Positions 39,638 through 48,968 of a stretch of DNA of 64,000 nucleotides are shown one piece after another. Under the pieces are notes generated by a model. That model was not told where the DNA came from. It searched no databases and was given only the letters and a program-made list of their open reading frames with translations. The DNA comes from a virus. The stretch lies in UHGV virus genome UHGV-0179428. The stretch is one strand, 5' to 3'. The position numbers were made by a program, and so were the translations under genes. Position 1 is the first letter of the stretch. Each line of letters begins with the position of its first letter.

Positions 39638-40084
39638 TTAACCCATTAAATGTATTACAACGTCTTTAGTTACTGAGTTTGCTAGTAAGCGGAAAAACTT
39701 CATGTAACGGAAAATGCTAAAGAAAACCCCAGCGTTATCTACAATAACAAGACTGTATTTTTCTTTTTCTGTACCCATTTGGTAACCGATGATTTGGGTG
39801 ATATTCTCAGGTAAGTCTTCGAGACCCAAACGGAATATCACGTCGTCTTCTAAGAACCCTTTTGGGTTAACGAATAATACTTTCCCTTTATGGTTCTTAG
39901 CTAACTCGACACCGAAGTCTGTAAGTCCTGTCTGCCTGCCTGTACCGTAGCGGATAGTACGAAATTCAGATAAAGCTTTGGCTCCATAACGATCAGTAAA
40001 CGGATTATCTTTAGAATCCAGATCAGTTAAACCTTTTGATAATTCTTCTACTACGATGTTATAGTTAACATGAGTTTTAGACAT
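39638..40084 (-). CDS. hypothetical protein (148 aa)
   Basis: ORF only. Confidence 0.5.
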   Translation of the reverse strand: MSKTHVNYNIVVEELSKGLTDLDSKDNPFTDRYGAKALSEFRTIRYGTGRQTGLTDFGVELAKNHKGKVLFVNPKGFLEDDVIFRLGLEDLPENITQIIGYQMGTEKEKYSLVIVDNAGVFFSIFRYMKFFRLLANSVTKDVVIHLMG

Positions 40085-40118
40085 TTCATTGTTCCTTTTA
40101 ATTACAAGCGAAATAACT

Positions 40119-40415
40119 TTATTGAAAATCTCGTTTGGCCTTGCTGATGATTTGAGATATTCGGCTTGGCGACACTCCGTGTATTTCGGCCAATTTCTTG
40201 TTACTTAGGCCACCCAATTTACCAACAAGAATATTCAATACACGTAAGTCTTTTAACGTTGCCGAAATCTTTTCTAAGATTTCGATATCACCTTGATCAA
40301 ACTTACCTTTGGTCTGCAATGCTATCCCAGCACGCTCGGTAATAGTTTTTAGCTCAGCTAATCGACTAATGCCGAAAGAAGTTAACTCCGCGTACGATTT
40401 CTCATTAATCATCAT
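40119..40415 (-). CDS. small HTH protein resembling sigma-70 region 4
   Basis: LSNKKLAEIHGVSPSRISQIISKAKRDF parallels the region 4.2 helix-turn-helix (xTLxEIGxxxGVSRERIRQIExKAL). Confidence 0.45.
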   Translation of the reverse strand: MMINEKSYAELTSFGISRLAELKTITERAGIALQTKGKFDQGDIEILEKISATLKDLRVLNILVGKLGGLSNKKLAEIHGVSPSRISQIISKAKRDFQ

Positions 40416-40422
40416 GTACCCC

Positions 40423-41457
40423 TTAGACAGCTATGGGAGCTTTAATTGTGTCGTGCGATTGATATCCAACCAATTCGAAGTCTTCGTATTTGTAATCGAA
40501 GATAGAATCAGGTTTACGTTTGATAACCAGCTTAGGTAGCGGGTAAGGTTCGCGTGTAAGTTGAAGTTTTGCCTGCTCCAGATGGTTAGAGTAAAGATGA
40601 ACATCTACGCCACTATAAACCAACTCGTCTGGAACCATATTGAGTTGTTGAGCAATCATGTGAGTTAACAACGCGTAAGAAGCGACGTTAAACGGTGCGC
40701 CAAGTAGGTAATCGTTGCTCCGCATCATGTAAAAACATGAAAGCTTACGGCGTGGAATGCCCTCACGATCTAAAGTTTCATGAAGTCGTTCTTCATCATC
40801 AATATCTTCGTGATTAATAAGTGGTGCGTTCGCAAATTTTTCCGGTTCGTTTACTTCGTACCAATCCAGTCGCTCAAGCAGTGACATTTCCGTTGTGTAG
40901 AATTGGAAATAGTTGTGGCATGGGTTAAGTGCCATATCGTCTAGGTCTGCTACATTCCAGGCACTAACGATAATACGGCGGGAGTCAGGGTCTTCACGAA
41001 GTTGCTGGATAACTTTACTGATCTGGTCATGTGCTTTTTCATAAACCAAATACGTCGTACCATCTTCCTTCATATTCCCAATATACTTGTAACCCCGCTG
41101 CATTAGTTGTTGTGTACGTCTTACGTCATGACACTCCACAACTTTACAGTCGCGCCATTCACGCCACTGGTGCCCGTAAACCGGACCTAAATCCCCTTCG
41201 TTGTTTGCCCATTCGTTCCAAATTTTTACCCCATTCTCTTGCAGGTACTTCACGTTAGTGTCACCGTTTAAGAACCACAGCAGTTCATGAATGATACTTT
41301 TCAGGTGAACCTTTTTCGTAGTAACTAATGGGAAACCTTCTTTCAGATCAAAACGTAGTTGACGGCCAAATACAGAAAGTGTCCCTACGCCTGTACGGTC
41401 TTTCTTGACAACACCGTTATCCAGAATGTCTTGCATTAACGCTAAATACTGTTTCAT
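40423..41457 (-). CDS. thyA: thymidylate synthase family protein with two insertions
   Basis: N-terminus near-identical in pattern to ThyA (MKQYLxLMQ...DRTGTGTLSxFG...GFPLVTTKK...HELLWFLxGDTN); catalytic PCH present; C-terminus ...IKAPIAV; ~80 extra residues in two inserts. Confidence 0.8.
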   Translation of the reverse strand: MKQYLALMQDILDNGVVKKDRTGVGTLSVFGRQLRFDLKEGFPLVTTKKVHLKSIIHELLWFLNGDTNVKYLQENGVKIWNEWANNEGDLGPVYGHQWREWRDCKVVECHDVRRTQQLMQRGYKYIGNMKEDGTTYLVYEKAHDQISKVIQQLREDPDSRRIIVSAWNVADLDDMALNPCHNYFQFYTTEMSLLERLDWYEVNEPEKFANAPLINHEDIDDEERLHETLDREGIPRRKLSCFYMMRSNDYLLGAPFNVASYALLTHMIAQQLNMVPDELVYSGVDVHLYSNHLEQAKLQLTREPYPLPKLVIKRKPDSIFDYKYEDFELVGYQSHDTIKAPIAV

Positions 41458-41774
41458 TTGTTATTATTCCCCATTCGTTTCGTTAAAATATCTAAATTGC
41501 GCTGCGCTTGTTCAGGACTAAAAATAATGTTTTCCTGGCTATACGTTACATGAAAATGTTTTTTGTTAACAATGTCAACCTTAAGGCCACGAACTTCGAA
41601 TTGCCGTTTAGCCTCTTCAACCTTTTTTGGTGAGATTCTAAGAAGACCTGGAAATAGTTCGTCTGCGGGAACGTAGTATTTGATTTCCTTAGTCTCGGGA
41701 ATTAACTCGATTCTATCTAAACTGACGCTTATAATCTCGTCAATCTTTTTCTTGATATTGTCGTTCGCAACCAT
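41454..41774 (-). CDS. hypothetical protein (106 aa)
   Basis: ATGA overlap with thyA-like gene. Confidence 0.45.
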   Translation of the reverse strand: MVANDNIKKKIDEIISVSLDRIELIPETKEIKYYVPADELFPGLLRISPKKVEEAKRQFEVRGLKVDIVNKKHFHVTYSQENIIFSPEQAQRNLDILTKRMGNNNK

Positions 41775-42082
41775 CAGATTTTGTCCCTTTCGAGTTCAGT
41801 TAAAATTTCAAACAGGTCTGCGTTGGATTGGAGTACGACTTCACTGCCTTCTGCTACAACGGTAATTGTTGGTTTCTTACCACGTAGCAAGAACTCCCAA
41901 CGCATGGTTCTTACGTGGCTGTCGAGTAACTGCTTTAATTTGTGGTTAACTTCGACTTCCAATTTGCCCAGTAACTGTGGTGTAATAGCTTCGCCTGAGT
42001 TTTTGTTATAAAGTGTACGCACTAAAGAACGTAAAGAATAACCAATGCACTGCGAAATTGCCCAACCCGAATAGTTTTCCAT
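41774..42082 (-). CDS. hypothetical protein (102 aa)
   Basis: ORF only. Confidence 0.45.
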   Translation of the reverse strand: MENYSGWAISQCIGYSLRSLVRTLYNKNSGEAITPQLLGKLEVEVNHKLKQLLDSHVRTMRWEFLLRGKKPTITVVAEGSEVVLQSNADLFEILTELERDKI

Positions 42083-42083
42083 G

Positions 42084-42629
42084 TTAATCCTTCAAAATGT
42101 CTTTAAGCTTTAGTTTTGTATAGAACGGAGAACTACTTAGTTCTTCTGTCCAACTTATACGTCCGTTCTGTAGAACCCGGTCGAAGATTAGGCCGTTCAT
42201 CTTTACAATTCTAGCCAACTGATAAAAGAGCGTCGTGAGGTGTAGTCGGCGTTCCATTTGTGCGCGTGCGGTACAACTGCGTACCGCTTTGATAGCAAGT
42301 ACCGCTTCTGGCATCAACGTCACCGCGATTGTCTCAGGATGTTCGTTTTTCCATTTCTTAATGGCTAGTAGTCTGTGTAACGATTTTTCAAGGGGACGTA
42401 AATCCCCGTTATTCATCACGTAAACCAAAGCAGCAATATCCCACAAGGCAATACCTACTGCTTTAGCAACAAACAACCCGTCGTGTGCTGTCGTGGATTC
42501 ACAGACTTTGCCAATACTTCCATAAACACGTGCGGTCCATACGTCTGTCTGTTCGCCGGGTTTTATACCCGCGTTATCCAGAAAGTGTTTAAACGTATTA
42601 ACGTGATCAGTTAACTGTATTTGTTTCAT
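42084..42629 (-). CDS. hypothetical protein (181 aa)
   Basis: ORF only. Confidence 0.5.
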   Translation of the reverse strand: MKQIQLTDHVNTFKHFLDNAGIKPGEQTDVWTARVYGSIGKVCESTTAHDGLFVAKAVGIALWDIAALVYVMNNGDLRPLEKSLHRLLAIKKWKNEHPETIAVTLMPEAVLAIKAVRSCTARAQMERRLHLTTLFYQLARIVKMNGLIFDRVLQNGRISWTEELSSSPFYTKLKLKDILKD

Positions 42630-42643
42630 TTCCGATACCCGAT

Positions 42644-43108
42644 TTAGTCACGAGACTTTATTTTAAGGTACGCAACCGCAGCTCCCACGATTGCAATCCC
42701 GGCACCCCAACCTATCTTTTCTATTACACCCATATCGTCCCATCTTTTCTCTTCGTTACGTCGTTTGGCCTCTTCTGCCCGTTCTCTCCACATCGCTTCG
42801 CGTTCCAGACAGCTGGGATTTATTTCCTCTTCACAACGTCGTTTCCGTTCTTCTTCCCCAATCAGTTCTTCTAAATAGAGCCTCGTTTCTTCCACAGCTT
42901 GTTCATAGACGTCTATGCGATCGGGAAGAACTCTCCTGTGAGCGGCTTTGTTGCGAACGGAAGCAATCATGTGGAGTTTCCGTTCGTATTTTGGTTCGAG
43001 AAGATGAGCTATGCTTTTGGTCTTCCCATGAAGCCCATGACCGGTACCGCCGAGTTTTTCCACAAGTTCTTCTACAGAAATTGCAAGATCGAGAATATAT
43101 CCACGCAT
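42644..43108 (-). CDS. HEPN-like (Rx4H) protein with C-terminal transmembrane anchor (154 aa, start adjusted)
   Basis: SVRNKAAHRR fits the HEPN Rx4-6H motif; C-terminal IGWGAGIAIVGAAVAYL hydrophobic helix; start moved to ATG 43108 with GGAGAAA RBS. Confidence 0.4.
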   Translation of the reverse strand: MRGYILDLAISVEELVEKLGGTGHGLHGKTKSIAHLLEPKYERKLHMIASVRNKAAHRRVLPDRIDVYEQAVEETRLYLEELIGEEERKRRCEEEINPSCLEREAMWRERAEEAKRRNEEKRWDDMGVIEKIGWGAGIAIVGAAVAYLKIKSRD

Positions 43109-43168
43109 AATTGTTTCTCCGCTTAAACGCAGTCTTGGGAGACATAAGTCTGTTCCCAACTGTAAAAA

Positions 43169-43537
43169 TCATTTCAACAAAACAAGATGAATTTGGTATT
43201 CGTCATCCGCAGGAGAAGAATAATCGCCAGTTACAGGTAACGTTATATCTCCCAGTATAGCGTGGAAGGGTAATCCACGAGCAGCCTCAACTGTTCGTAC
43301 AAGCGGAAAACCTGTTCTTTTAATCCAATTGTAATCAACAAACATAACGCCGCCAGGACTTCCCGAACCTTCCCACACACGAATTTCCACAGTCTTTCCC
43401 GAAAAGTTGGCAAGTACAGTGCGCAGCCCTAATTGCACATAACGGGGGAAGGGTACTTCAATAACTTGTTTTGGTAAAACAAATTCAGGGAATTTAAAAC
43501 CGAAACCTTTGGGTGTACTAAAAAACTGAGCTTGCAT
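43169..43537 (-). CDS. hypothetical protein (122 aa)
   Basis: RBS AAAGGAGAA; terminator upstream. Confidence 0.5.
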   Translation of the reverse strand: MQAQFFSTPKGFGFKFPEFVLPKQVIEVPFPRYVQLGLRTVLANFSGKTVEIRVWEGSGSPGGVMFVDYNWIKRTGFPLVRTVEAARGLPFHAILGDITLPVTGDYSSPADDEYQIHLVLLK

Positions 43538-43559
43538 GGTAATTCTCCTTTAGGGTAAA

Positions 43560-43600
43560 AAATGAAAATACCCTACTCCTAGTCAGGAGTAGGGTAGGTG
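43560..43600. terminator. Intrinsic terminator
   Basis: Stem CCCTACTCC/GGAGTAGGG (43569-43597), T-tract on the minus strand. Confidence 0.7.
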
Positions 43601-44260
43601 TTACATACGAGTAACTGAATCCCAGTAATCACGAAGATATTCTTGGTCTTCAGGATCTTTCGGTGTAGCCGGAATGTGGCCGTCAAACTCAAACGGAATT
43701 ACAGACAGAACATCCGCAATCTCGTAACGCTCGACTTCCAGTTCAACTTTCACCCAGTCACCGACGCTGGTACTACTACGCATCTCGGTGAGGAGATCGT
43801 TAAAGTCAGCCGAAACTTCAATTGCAGGGTGTCCGGTGGTGATAGTGAAAATATCAATATCCCAATGCTTAGCGCCTTCATCGGCTAATTCACCCGGTTC
43901 TAAGTGGATACGTTTCACCAGGTGAGCCAAATAACCGTCCTTGTAAAAAGAGAGTGCAGAACTAATACCGATATCCGAATTCTCTTCAACCTTTCCGTCC
44001 AGGAATTTACGCTTAAGCGTTAGCTGTGCTGTACCGTCTTCTTTAATACGGATACGACGACGCCCACCTTCTATCGGCATGAGAATGTCCATGAACATCT
44101 TAGCGGACTGTGCGTGTAACCAATCCCATCCCGCTTGCGTAGGTTTTACCCAAACACAATATTCCTTTTCCACTTCATGTTTAATGGATTCGCCTGCAAC
44201 GCGAATAACCTCTTCTTCCTGCGCTTTTTCCAATTGCGCAAGGGTATCGAATAATCCCAT
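43601..44260 (-). CDS. possible CYTH-like triphosphate tunnel metalloenzyme (tentative)
   Basis: Ordered charged beta-strand motifs HEVEKE, RRRIRIK, LTLKRK, WDIDIF, VKVELEVE resemble the CYTH ExExK / RxR / KxK / DxD / ExE pattern. By eye only. Confidence 0.3.
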   Translation of the reverse strand: MGLFDTLAQLEKAQEEEVIRVAGESIKHEVEKEYCVWVKPTQAGWDWLHAQSAKMFMDILMPIEGGRRRIRIKEDGTAQLTLKRKFLDGKVEENSDIGISSALSFYKDGYLAHLVKRIHLEPGELADEGAKHWDIDIFTITTGHPAIEVSADFNDLLTEMRSSTSVGDWVKVELEVERYEIADVLSVIPFEFDGHIPATPKDPEDQEYLRDYWDSVTRM

Positions 44261-45081
44261 TAGATTAATCCCATACTTTCACTGACGCTCGTAATGTCGA
44301 ACGCTGTGTCGTTAAAGTCGATGTTTTCTACAATAGAAACCACCAGATTAGGAAGCCATTCCGAATGGGGTGGTGTAATAACCCGGCCGTTCATAACGTA
44401 GTAGTGCAAGAACGGTAATCCCATCGAATGGCAGTACGATAACACATTCCCTAAGCAGCTTCCGTCAAACTTCAAGAGTCGGAGCTTACGCAGTAATGCG
44501 TTTTGAAATGCACCGTTCGCGTAATCGCTAAACTCGCCAGGCCGATAATCCGTGCCCCCGTAAATACTCGCCTTTAATCGTCGACCGCGTTGTATACATT
44601 CAGCCCCAGTCAGGGTGCGTAATAAACGGATGTCAGGATATTCAGTTTCCAAACGACCCAAAGCGTTTATTCCGTAACCTTTGTAGAACAGATAGTCTAC
44701 GATCCTTAAATAATGATAGTAGCCTTCTAACGTTAAAAACTGACCGTGAATCGTGTCGAATTTCGCACCGTTAGGTTGCGCGTAGAAGTTACTGATCATT
44801 TTCCCTACGGTAGTACGACCGTTAGAGTAAAGGTTAAGATGGTTGATACCATCGGTAAAAGGGAGTTTTTCGGGTAACGCACAAACGTAGCCTAAACGAC
44901 GAAGGTATAGGACATAAACAAAGCGCTCATCAGGAGTAAGCACGATGTTTGACGCGTTAACGTATCCATTAGGATTATTTTGGCCAGGTTGATAACCCAG
45001 CGTTAATGCCAAAGCGTGATTGTCTTCGCCCTGACTTTTGATCTTCTTTAATACGGAACGCAGTAATTGTGGTTCGGACAT
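44260..45081 (-). CDS. hypothetical protein (273 aa, start adjusted)
   Basis: ATG at 45081 with AAGAGG RBS preferred over the TTG at 45102. Confidence 0.5.
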   Translation of the reverse strand: MSEPQLLRSVLKKIKSQGEDNHALALTLGYQPGQNNPNGYVNASNIVLTPDERFVYVLYLRRLGYVCALPEKLPFTDGINHLNLYSNGRTTVGKMISNFYAQPNGAKFDTIHGQFLTLEGYYHYLRIVDYLFYKGYGINALGRLETEYPDIRLLRTLTGAECIQRGRRLKASIYGGTDYRPGEFSDYANGAFQNALLRKLRLLKFDGSCLGNVLSYCHSMGLPFLHYYVMNGRVITPPHSEWLPNLVVSIVENIDFNDTAFDITSVSESMGLI

Positions 45082-45091
45082 AACCGGCCTC

Positions 45092-46366
45092 TTAAATTGC
45101 AAAATAGTCTTCCACGATTTTATCGGTAGACTGGTAACTTACACTGCCTGCAGCAATCACGTAATTACGTTTCTCGGTGGTCAGTAGCGCCTGAATCGCA
45201 TTTACGCCCGCATAGGTGTAAAGTTTAAGTTCAGTCATTTCTGGCGTGATGTTTTTCGCTTTGTCCCATTTTGCATCTAATCCTTTAAATAGCGTTAATA
45301 GACGAGTGCCATACGTTTTGAAACTGACACCGGGTTCAACCCGAAGGTTAGCCATAAGGTTCTGGATAACGGTGGTTGCGATCTGAGTCCCTTGCCCCGG
45401 TTGGAGTTTATCCAGATAGTATTCCGTTGAATCCAGATTACCTGTCGCTGCTGCCTGAATCATCAGCTCGCCGTACAGTACCTCTTTCGCTTGTGCATCA
45501 GTAATCGCTTGAAGCATCGGTTCGATTTTAGCCGGTAAACCATAACTGTTCAGTTTAGTAGACAGGCCATAAATCAGCGCTGAAGAGGTATTAATGTCTA
45601 ACGTGGAGAAACTGTTGCTGCCTTTAAAGCTGTTAATCAGGTTATCGATGGCTAGGAAGTCGTCTAAGTCTTTGTAGCTGTCGAAAGTATGCTGTACGTC
45701 ATCAACGATCGAGGTGATTTGATAACGCATACTGTTGACTTCAGACATAAACCCGTTGACTTCTTGACTAACTTCCGAGGGGAGTTTAGCCAGTTGCCCA
45801 GCAATGTTCATCGTTCCTTCGAGACGTTTTTTCACCGAGTTAAAGTCAGTACCGATACCTGATAAAACAGAGTCGGTTAAGCTGCCGATGCTGTCCCACC
45901 CTTTATTTAACAGTTTCCCCATCCCACCCGGACTTAGGTAGTCTAACGCCTTTAGACCATCTTCATCCTTTTTCTTAAAAGGTTCAGAAACGTCACGCTT
46001 TTGCGGATCGAGGACAGGAAGTGTTTCTTTGGTATTAGATGCAAAACCGGGAACCTTTTGTCCTGGAGATACACCGGAAGCCGAACTCCCCGCAGTCTTA
46101 CTTCCGCCAATACTGGCGGTATCGCTACCGCCAAAAAGGTTACCAATTTTGCTGGTCAGCTCGTTGCCGCCGCCAATCAGTTTGTTGAATGTTTCACCAG
46201 CACGTTCTGATAATCGGTTGACGCTATCGACCGTGCTTTTAATACCACGCTCCGCATTCTCCACCGTCGATTGTACGCGGTTTGCGGCGTTCTTTGCCGT
46301 ATTAACGGAATTATCGATTGCTGACTGACCTTTATTTATCTGACTGGTTATTTGGTCTATTTTCAT
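45092..46366 (-). CDS. hypothetical protein with Gly/Ser-rich segment (424 aa, start adjusted)
   Basis: ATG at 46366 with GGAGA RBS; low-complexity G/S region. Confidence 0.5.
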   Translation of the reverse strand: MKIDQITSQINKGQSAIDNSVNTAKNAANRVQSTVENAERGIKSTVDSVNRLSERAGETFNKLIGGGNELTSKIGNLFGGSDTASIGGSKTAGSSASGVSPGQKVPGFASNTKETLPVLDPQKRDVSEPFKKKDEDGLKALDYLSPGGMGKLLNKGWDSIGSLTDSVLSGIGTDFNSVKKRLEGTMNIAGQLAKLPSEVSQEVNGFMSEVNSMRYQITSIVDDVQHTFDSYKDLDDFLAIDNLINSFKGSNSFSTLDINTSSALIYGLSTKLNSYGLPAKIEPMLQAITDAQAKEVLYGELMIQAAATGNLDSTEYYLDKLQPGQGTQIATTVIQNLMANLRVEPGVSFKTYGTRLLTLFKGLDAKWDKAKNITPEMTELKLYTYAGVNAIQALLTTEKRNYVIAAGSVSYQSTDKIVEDYFAI

Positions 46367-47177
46367 TCTGGTCTCCAATTTGGTATTCGTCAAGGTTTAC
46401 CGTGACCTGAACTTCGTAGATTTTATTGTCTTTCTGACGCCTTAAGGTCAGAAGGATTTCGAAACTACGAACATCAATTGCCTTGAGTACCCTCATAAAC
46501 CATTTCCAGGAAAACTTCTTTTTTAACCTTAGATTGTGCTGCATGTTGTGCCGCAAATCATTTCGTTTCGACGGCGTCTGTTCACAGTTAGCAGGATCGT
46601 TAACGAAGTTTGTGGAAAGACGATACCACCAGTCCGCATTCATTTTCATGTTTGCGAAGATAGTCCAAGTTAACCGAGATAACGGATGTACCATCATCTT
46701 TGCGGTCTCACCACAGTTCTGGAAATAACGGTTCAATTGCGCAGTTGCAGACTCTTTAGGTCGTTCGTCGTTATCTTCGAACAAATCCCGAGCGAGATCT
46801 TCACGCACGCGTGTGGTAATTTCAGATACGGTTTTTGTTTTGAAGTGTCCTCGGTAAGTGGTTACACAAATCCGCAGTGTCTCCACTCCGGTAATCACCA
46901 ACCCTTCTGTAAAACCTCGCCAGGTAAGATCGACAGGTAGTGCAGGGATGTTACCTGAACTCAGCTTCGTGGAGATACGTTGTATTCGATCGTCCATCGT
47001 TGCTTTTGAACGTGTTTTAAATTCTGGAGACAGAATATGTTTGGCGACGGCGAGTTTATAATCCGAAGGCTTCCATCCGATCAATTCTTTATAATTCCAA
47101 TATAGTGTTTGAAGTGGTCCGCCTGCACGTTCGTCTTCAGCGTCCACGACCACACTTACTTTTTTGCTATCCATCAC
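46332..47177 (-). CDS. hypothetical protein (281 aa)
   Basis: ORF only. Confidence 0.5.
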   Translation of the reverse strand: MMDSKKVSVVVDAEDERAGGPLQTLYWNYKELIGWKPSDYKLAVAKHILSPEFKTRSKATMDDRIQRISTKLSSGNIPALPVDLTWRGFTEGLVITGVETLRICVTTYRGHFKTKTVSEITTRVREDLARDLFEDNDERPKESATAQLNRYFQNCGETAKMMVHPLSRLTWTIFANMKMNADWWYRLSTNFVNDPANCEQTPSKRNDLRHNMQHNLRLKKKFSWKWFMRVLKAIDVRSFEILLTLRRQKDNKIYEVQVTVNLDEYQIGDQNENRPNNQSDK

Positions 47178-47207
47178 ATCACCTTGTTACAAGGGGTTAC
47201 TGGTTTA

Positions 47208-47756
47208 TTAAATAGGACGTTCTAAAAGGTAGTGCTCAATCAACGTTTCCAGTTCCCGGAATAAATGCGCAGTTTGATTTACCAGCGCTTTGTCTTCGTC
47301 GGACTCCGGTTTAAGGAACGCCGATTCATAAGGTTGAATTAGCGCGAGTAATTTACCCAGCTTATAAGCGGCAACCTCAGGACTGGACGTCCCAAAATAA
47401 GTGTCTAGCCATCGGTATTCCGCCAAGTCGTTTCGTTTATTTAAAGCGTCAGGTAATGGCAGCCATTCGATTGAACTCCTGTTAATAGCTCGTTGGTATT
47501 CATTAATGAGAAATGCCAAACGTTGATAAACGAGGTCAATGTTATTAATACGCAATTCGAGGAAACCGCGAAGGCTGGGACGAAAGGGTTCTTCATTTAT
47601 GTTTAAAGGCAACGTAAGCAATTGTAAGCCGGTAAAGACTCTGACATAGGGGTTGTGGGTGTTCTTATGGAACTCCTGCTTCAGAGACTCTCTGAGGGCT
47701 TTTAAACGATTATTCTCTAACCGTTGTTTAAAACGAGTTATTATTCCTGTTAACAT
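47208..47756 (-). CDS. hypothetical protein (182 aa)
   Basis: ORF only. Confidence 0.5.
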   Translation of the reverse strand: MLTGIITRFKQRLENNRLKALRESLKQEFHKNTHNPYVRVFTGLQLLTLPLNINEEPFRPSLRGFLELRINNIDLVYQRLAFLINEYQRAINRSSIEWLPLPDALNKRNDLAEYRWLDTYFGTSSPEVAAYKLGKLLALIQPYESAFLKPESDEDKALVNQTAHLFRELETLIEHYLLERPI

Positions 47757-47827
47757 AATTCACTCCTAAAGAATGTCTCACGTAGATAATATCTGTCTGA
47801 CTTCTTTTTGAAATTGAGGTAGTAAGA

Positions 47828-48292
47828 ATGGCTGACGAAGAAGTGAAATATCAGGCGTTTGATGGAGATGTGGACGACGAAGAATCGCTTCTCCGCCAAA
47901 CGCAACAAGCCCGTGTACGGATTGTGAATCTCATCTTAGACGATCCACAAGCACACAAAGACTTGAAAACGGTAGACCGGTTAGGGTCTTTGCTTAACGA
48001 CGTTGATAAACAAATCATTTCCAAACGTCGCGTCGCTGCTGCACAGAAAAACAGCGAAGCTAACCAAGATTTGGCGAATGCACTTAATAGCATCCTCATG
48101 CAACGTGGTAATATCAAAATACGTCGCCACGATGAGGAAGTCGAAGAAACCCAGGGCTACCAGCCCCCCGTTCCTGTTATTCCTGATGTTGAAGTAACAG
48201 AAGGGGAGCTGGCACCAGTAGGCGAACAAATCGATGTTAGATCCATTATGACGGCGGCGTTTGCACGTCCTGAGCAGGGCGAGCAAGACTAA
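47828..48292 (+). CDS. acidic protein (154 aa), lone plus-strand gene
   Basis: GAGGTAG RBS; recurring intergenic motif upstream. Confidence 0.5.
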   Translation: MADEEVKYQAFDGDVDDEESLLRQTQQARVRIVNLILDDPQAHKDLKTVDRLGSLLNDVDKQIISKRRVAAAQKNSEANQDLANALNSILMQRGNIKIRRHDEEVEETQGYQPPVPVIPDVEVTEGELAPVGEQIDVRSIMTAAFARPEQGEQD

Positions 48293-48968
48293 ATAAAGCG
48301 GCATCTCGTGGGTCGACACCGACCCACTCTGCCATAAACCGGATATGTTCCTTAAACGGGTTAACCCCGTCTTGTTTGATTTGTTCAACCAATTCCCCGG
48401 TCAGTTCTGGTGTGAGCATGGCAGGGTGTGTGATGGTAAAGCTTGGAATCGGTTTTTTCAAGTGTGTGGCGTTAAGCTTAATCCACTCGAACCAATCGTA
48501 CATTATCCAGCAATCCCACGCCAATGACAATCTCCCTGGTGTGAGATCTTCTAACGACCAAGACACTAATTCAACTTGCACGTTATTGTAGTACATCCGA
48601 AACAGATTCAAAAAGGCTTGAAGTTCTTCGCCCGTTAAATCCGTATAAGGCCACGTATTGATGGTCAGAGTGGGTTTTTCAATTGGCGAATGCATTTCGA
48701 TTTCAAGCAACATACACTCGAATTCGTTTTTCATTGTTGCCAATAATTCAGTAGGCTGCGCATTAATCAACGCGCGCTTATCCCGCTTCCGCCACTCTTC
48801 ATCCCATTTTTCAAATCCAAGTACGCCAGCCCAAGCTTCTGTATAGCGACGACGATAAACATCGTAGTCTAGCAATGCTAAGCTTTCGGGCTTAACGGCT
48901 TTTACCCAACCTAAACGCGTATCAAATAACGTATCAATATCGATTAAGAAACGCCGAGATAATCTCAT
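48246..48968 (-). CDS. hypothetical protein (240 aa)
   Basis: 3' end overlaps the plus-strand gene by 47 nt. Confidence 0.5.
   Translation of the reverse strand: MRLSRRFLIDIDTLFDTRLGWVKAVKPESLALLDYDVYRRRYTEAWAGVLGFEKWDEEWRKRDKRALINAQPTELLATMKNEFECMLLEIEMHSPIEKPTLTINTWPYTDLTGEELQAFLNLFRMYYNNVQVELVSWSLEDLTPGRLSLAWDCWIMYDWFEWIKLNATHLKKPIPSFTITHPAMLTPELTGELVEQIKQDGVNPFKEHIRFMAEWVGVDPRDAALFSLARPAQDVQTPPS

Noticed and set aside
42691-43126. Plus-strand ORFs of 139 and 75 aa
   Set aside because: Antisense to the HEPN-like gene, with a Pro/Leu/Arg-rich shadow-frame composition.
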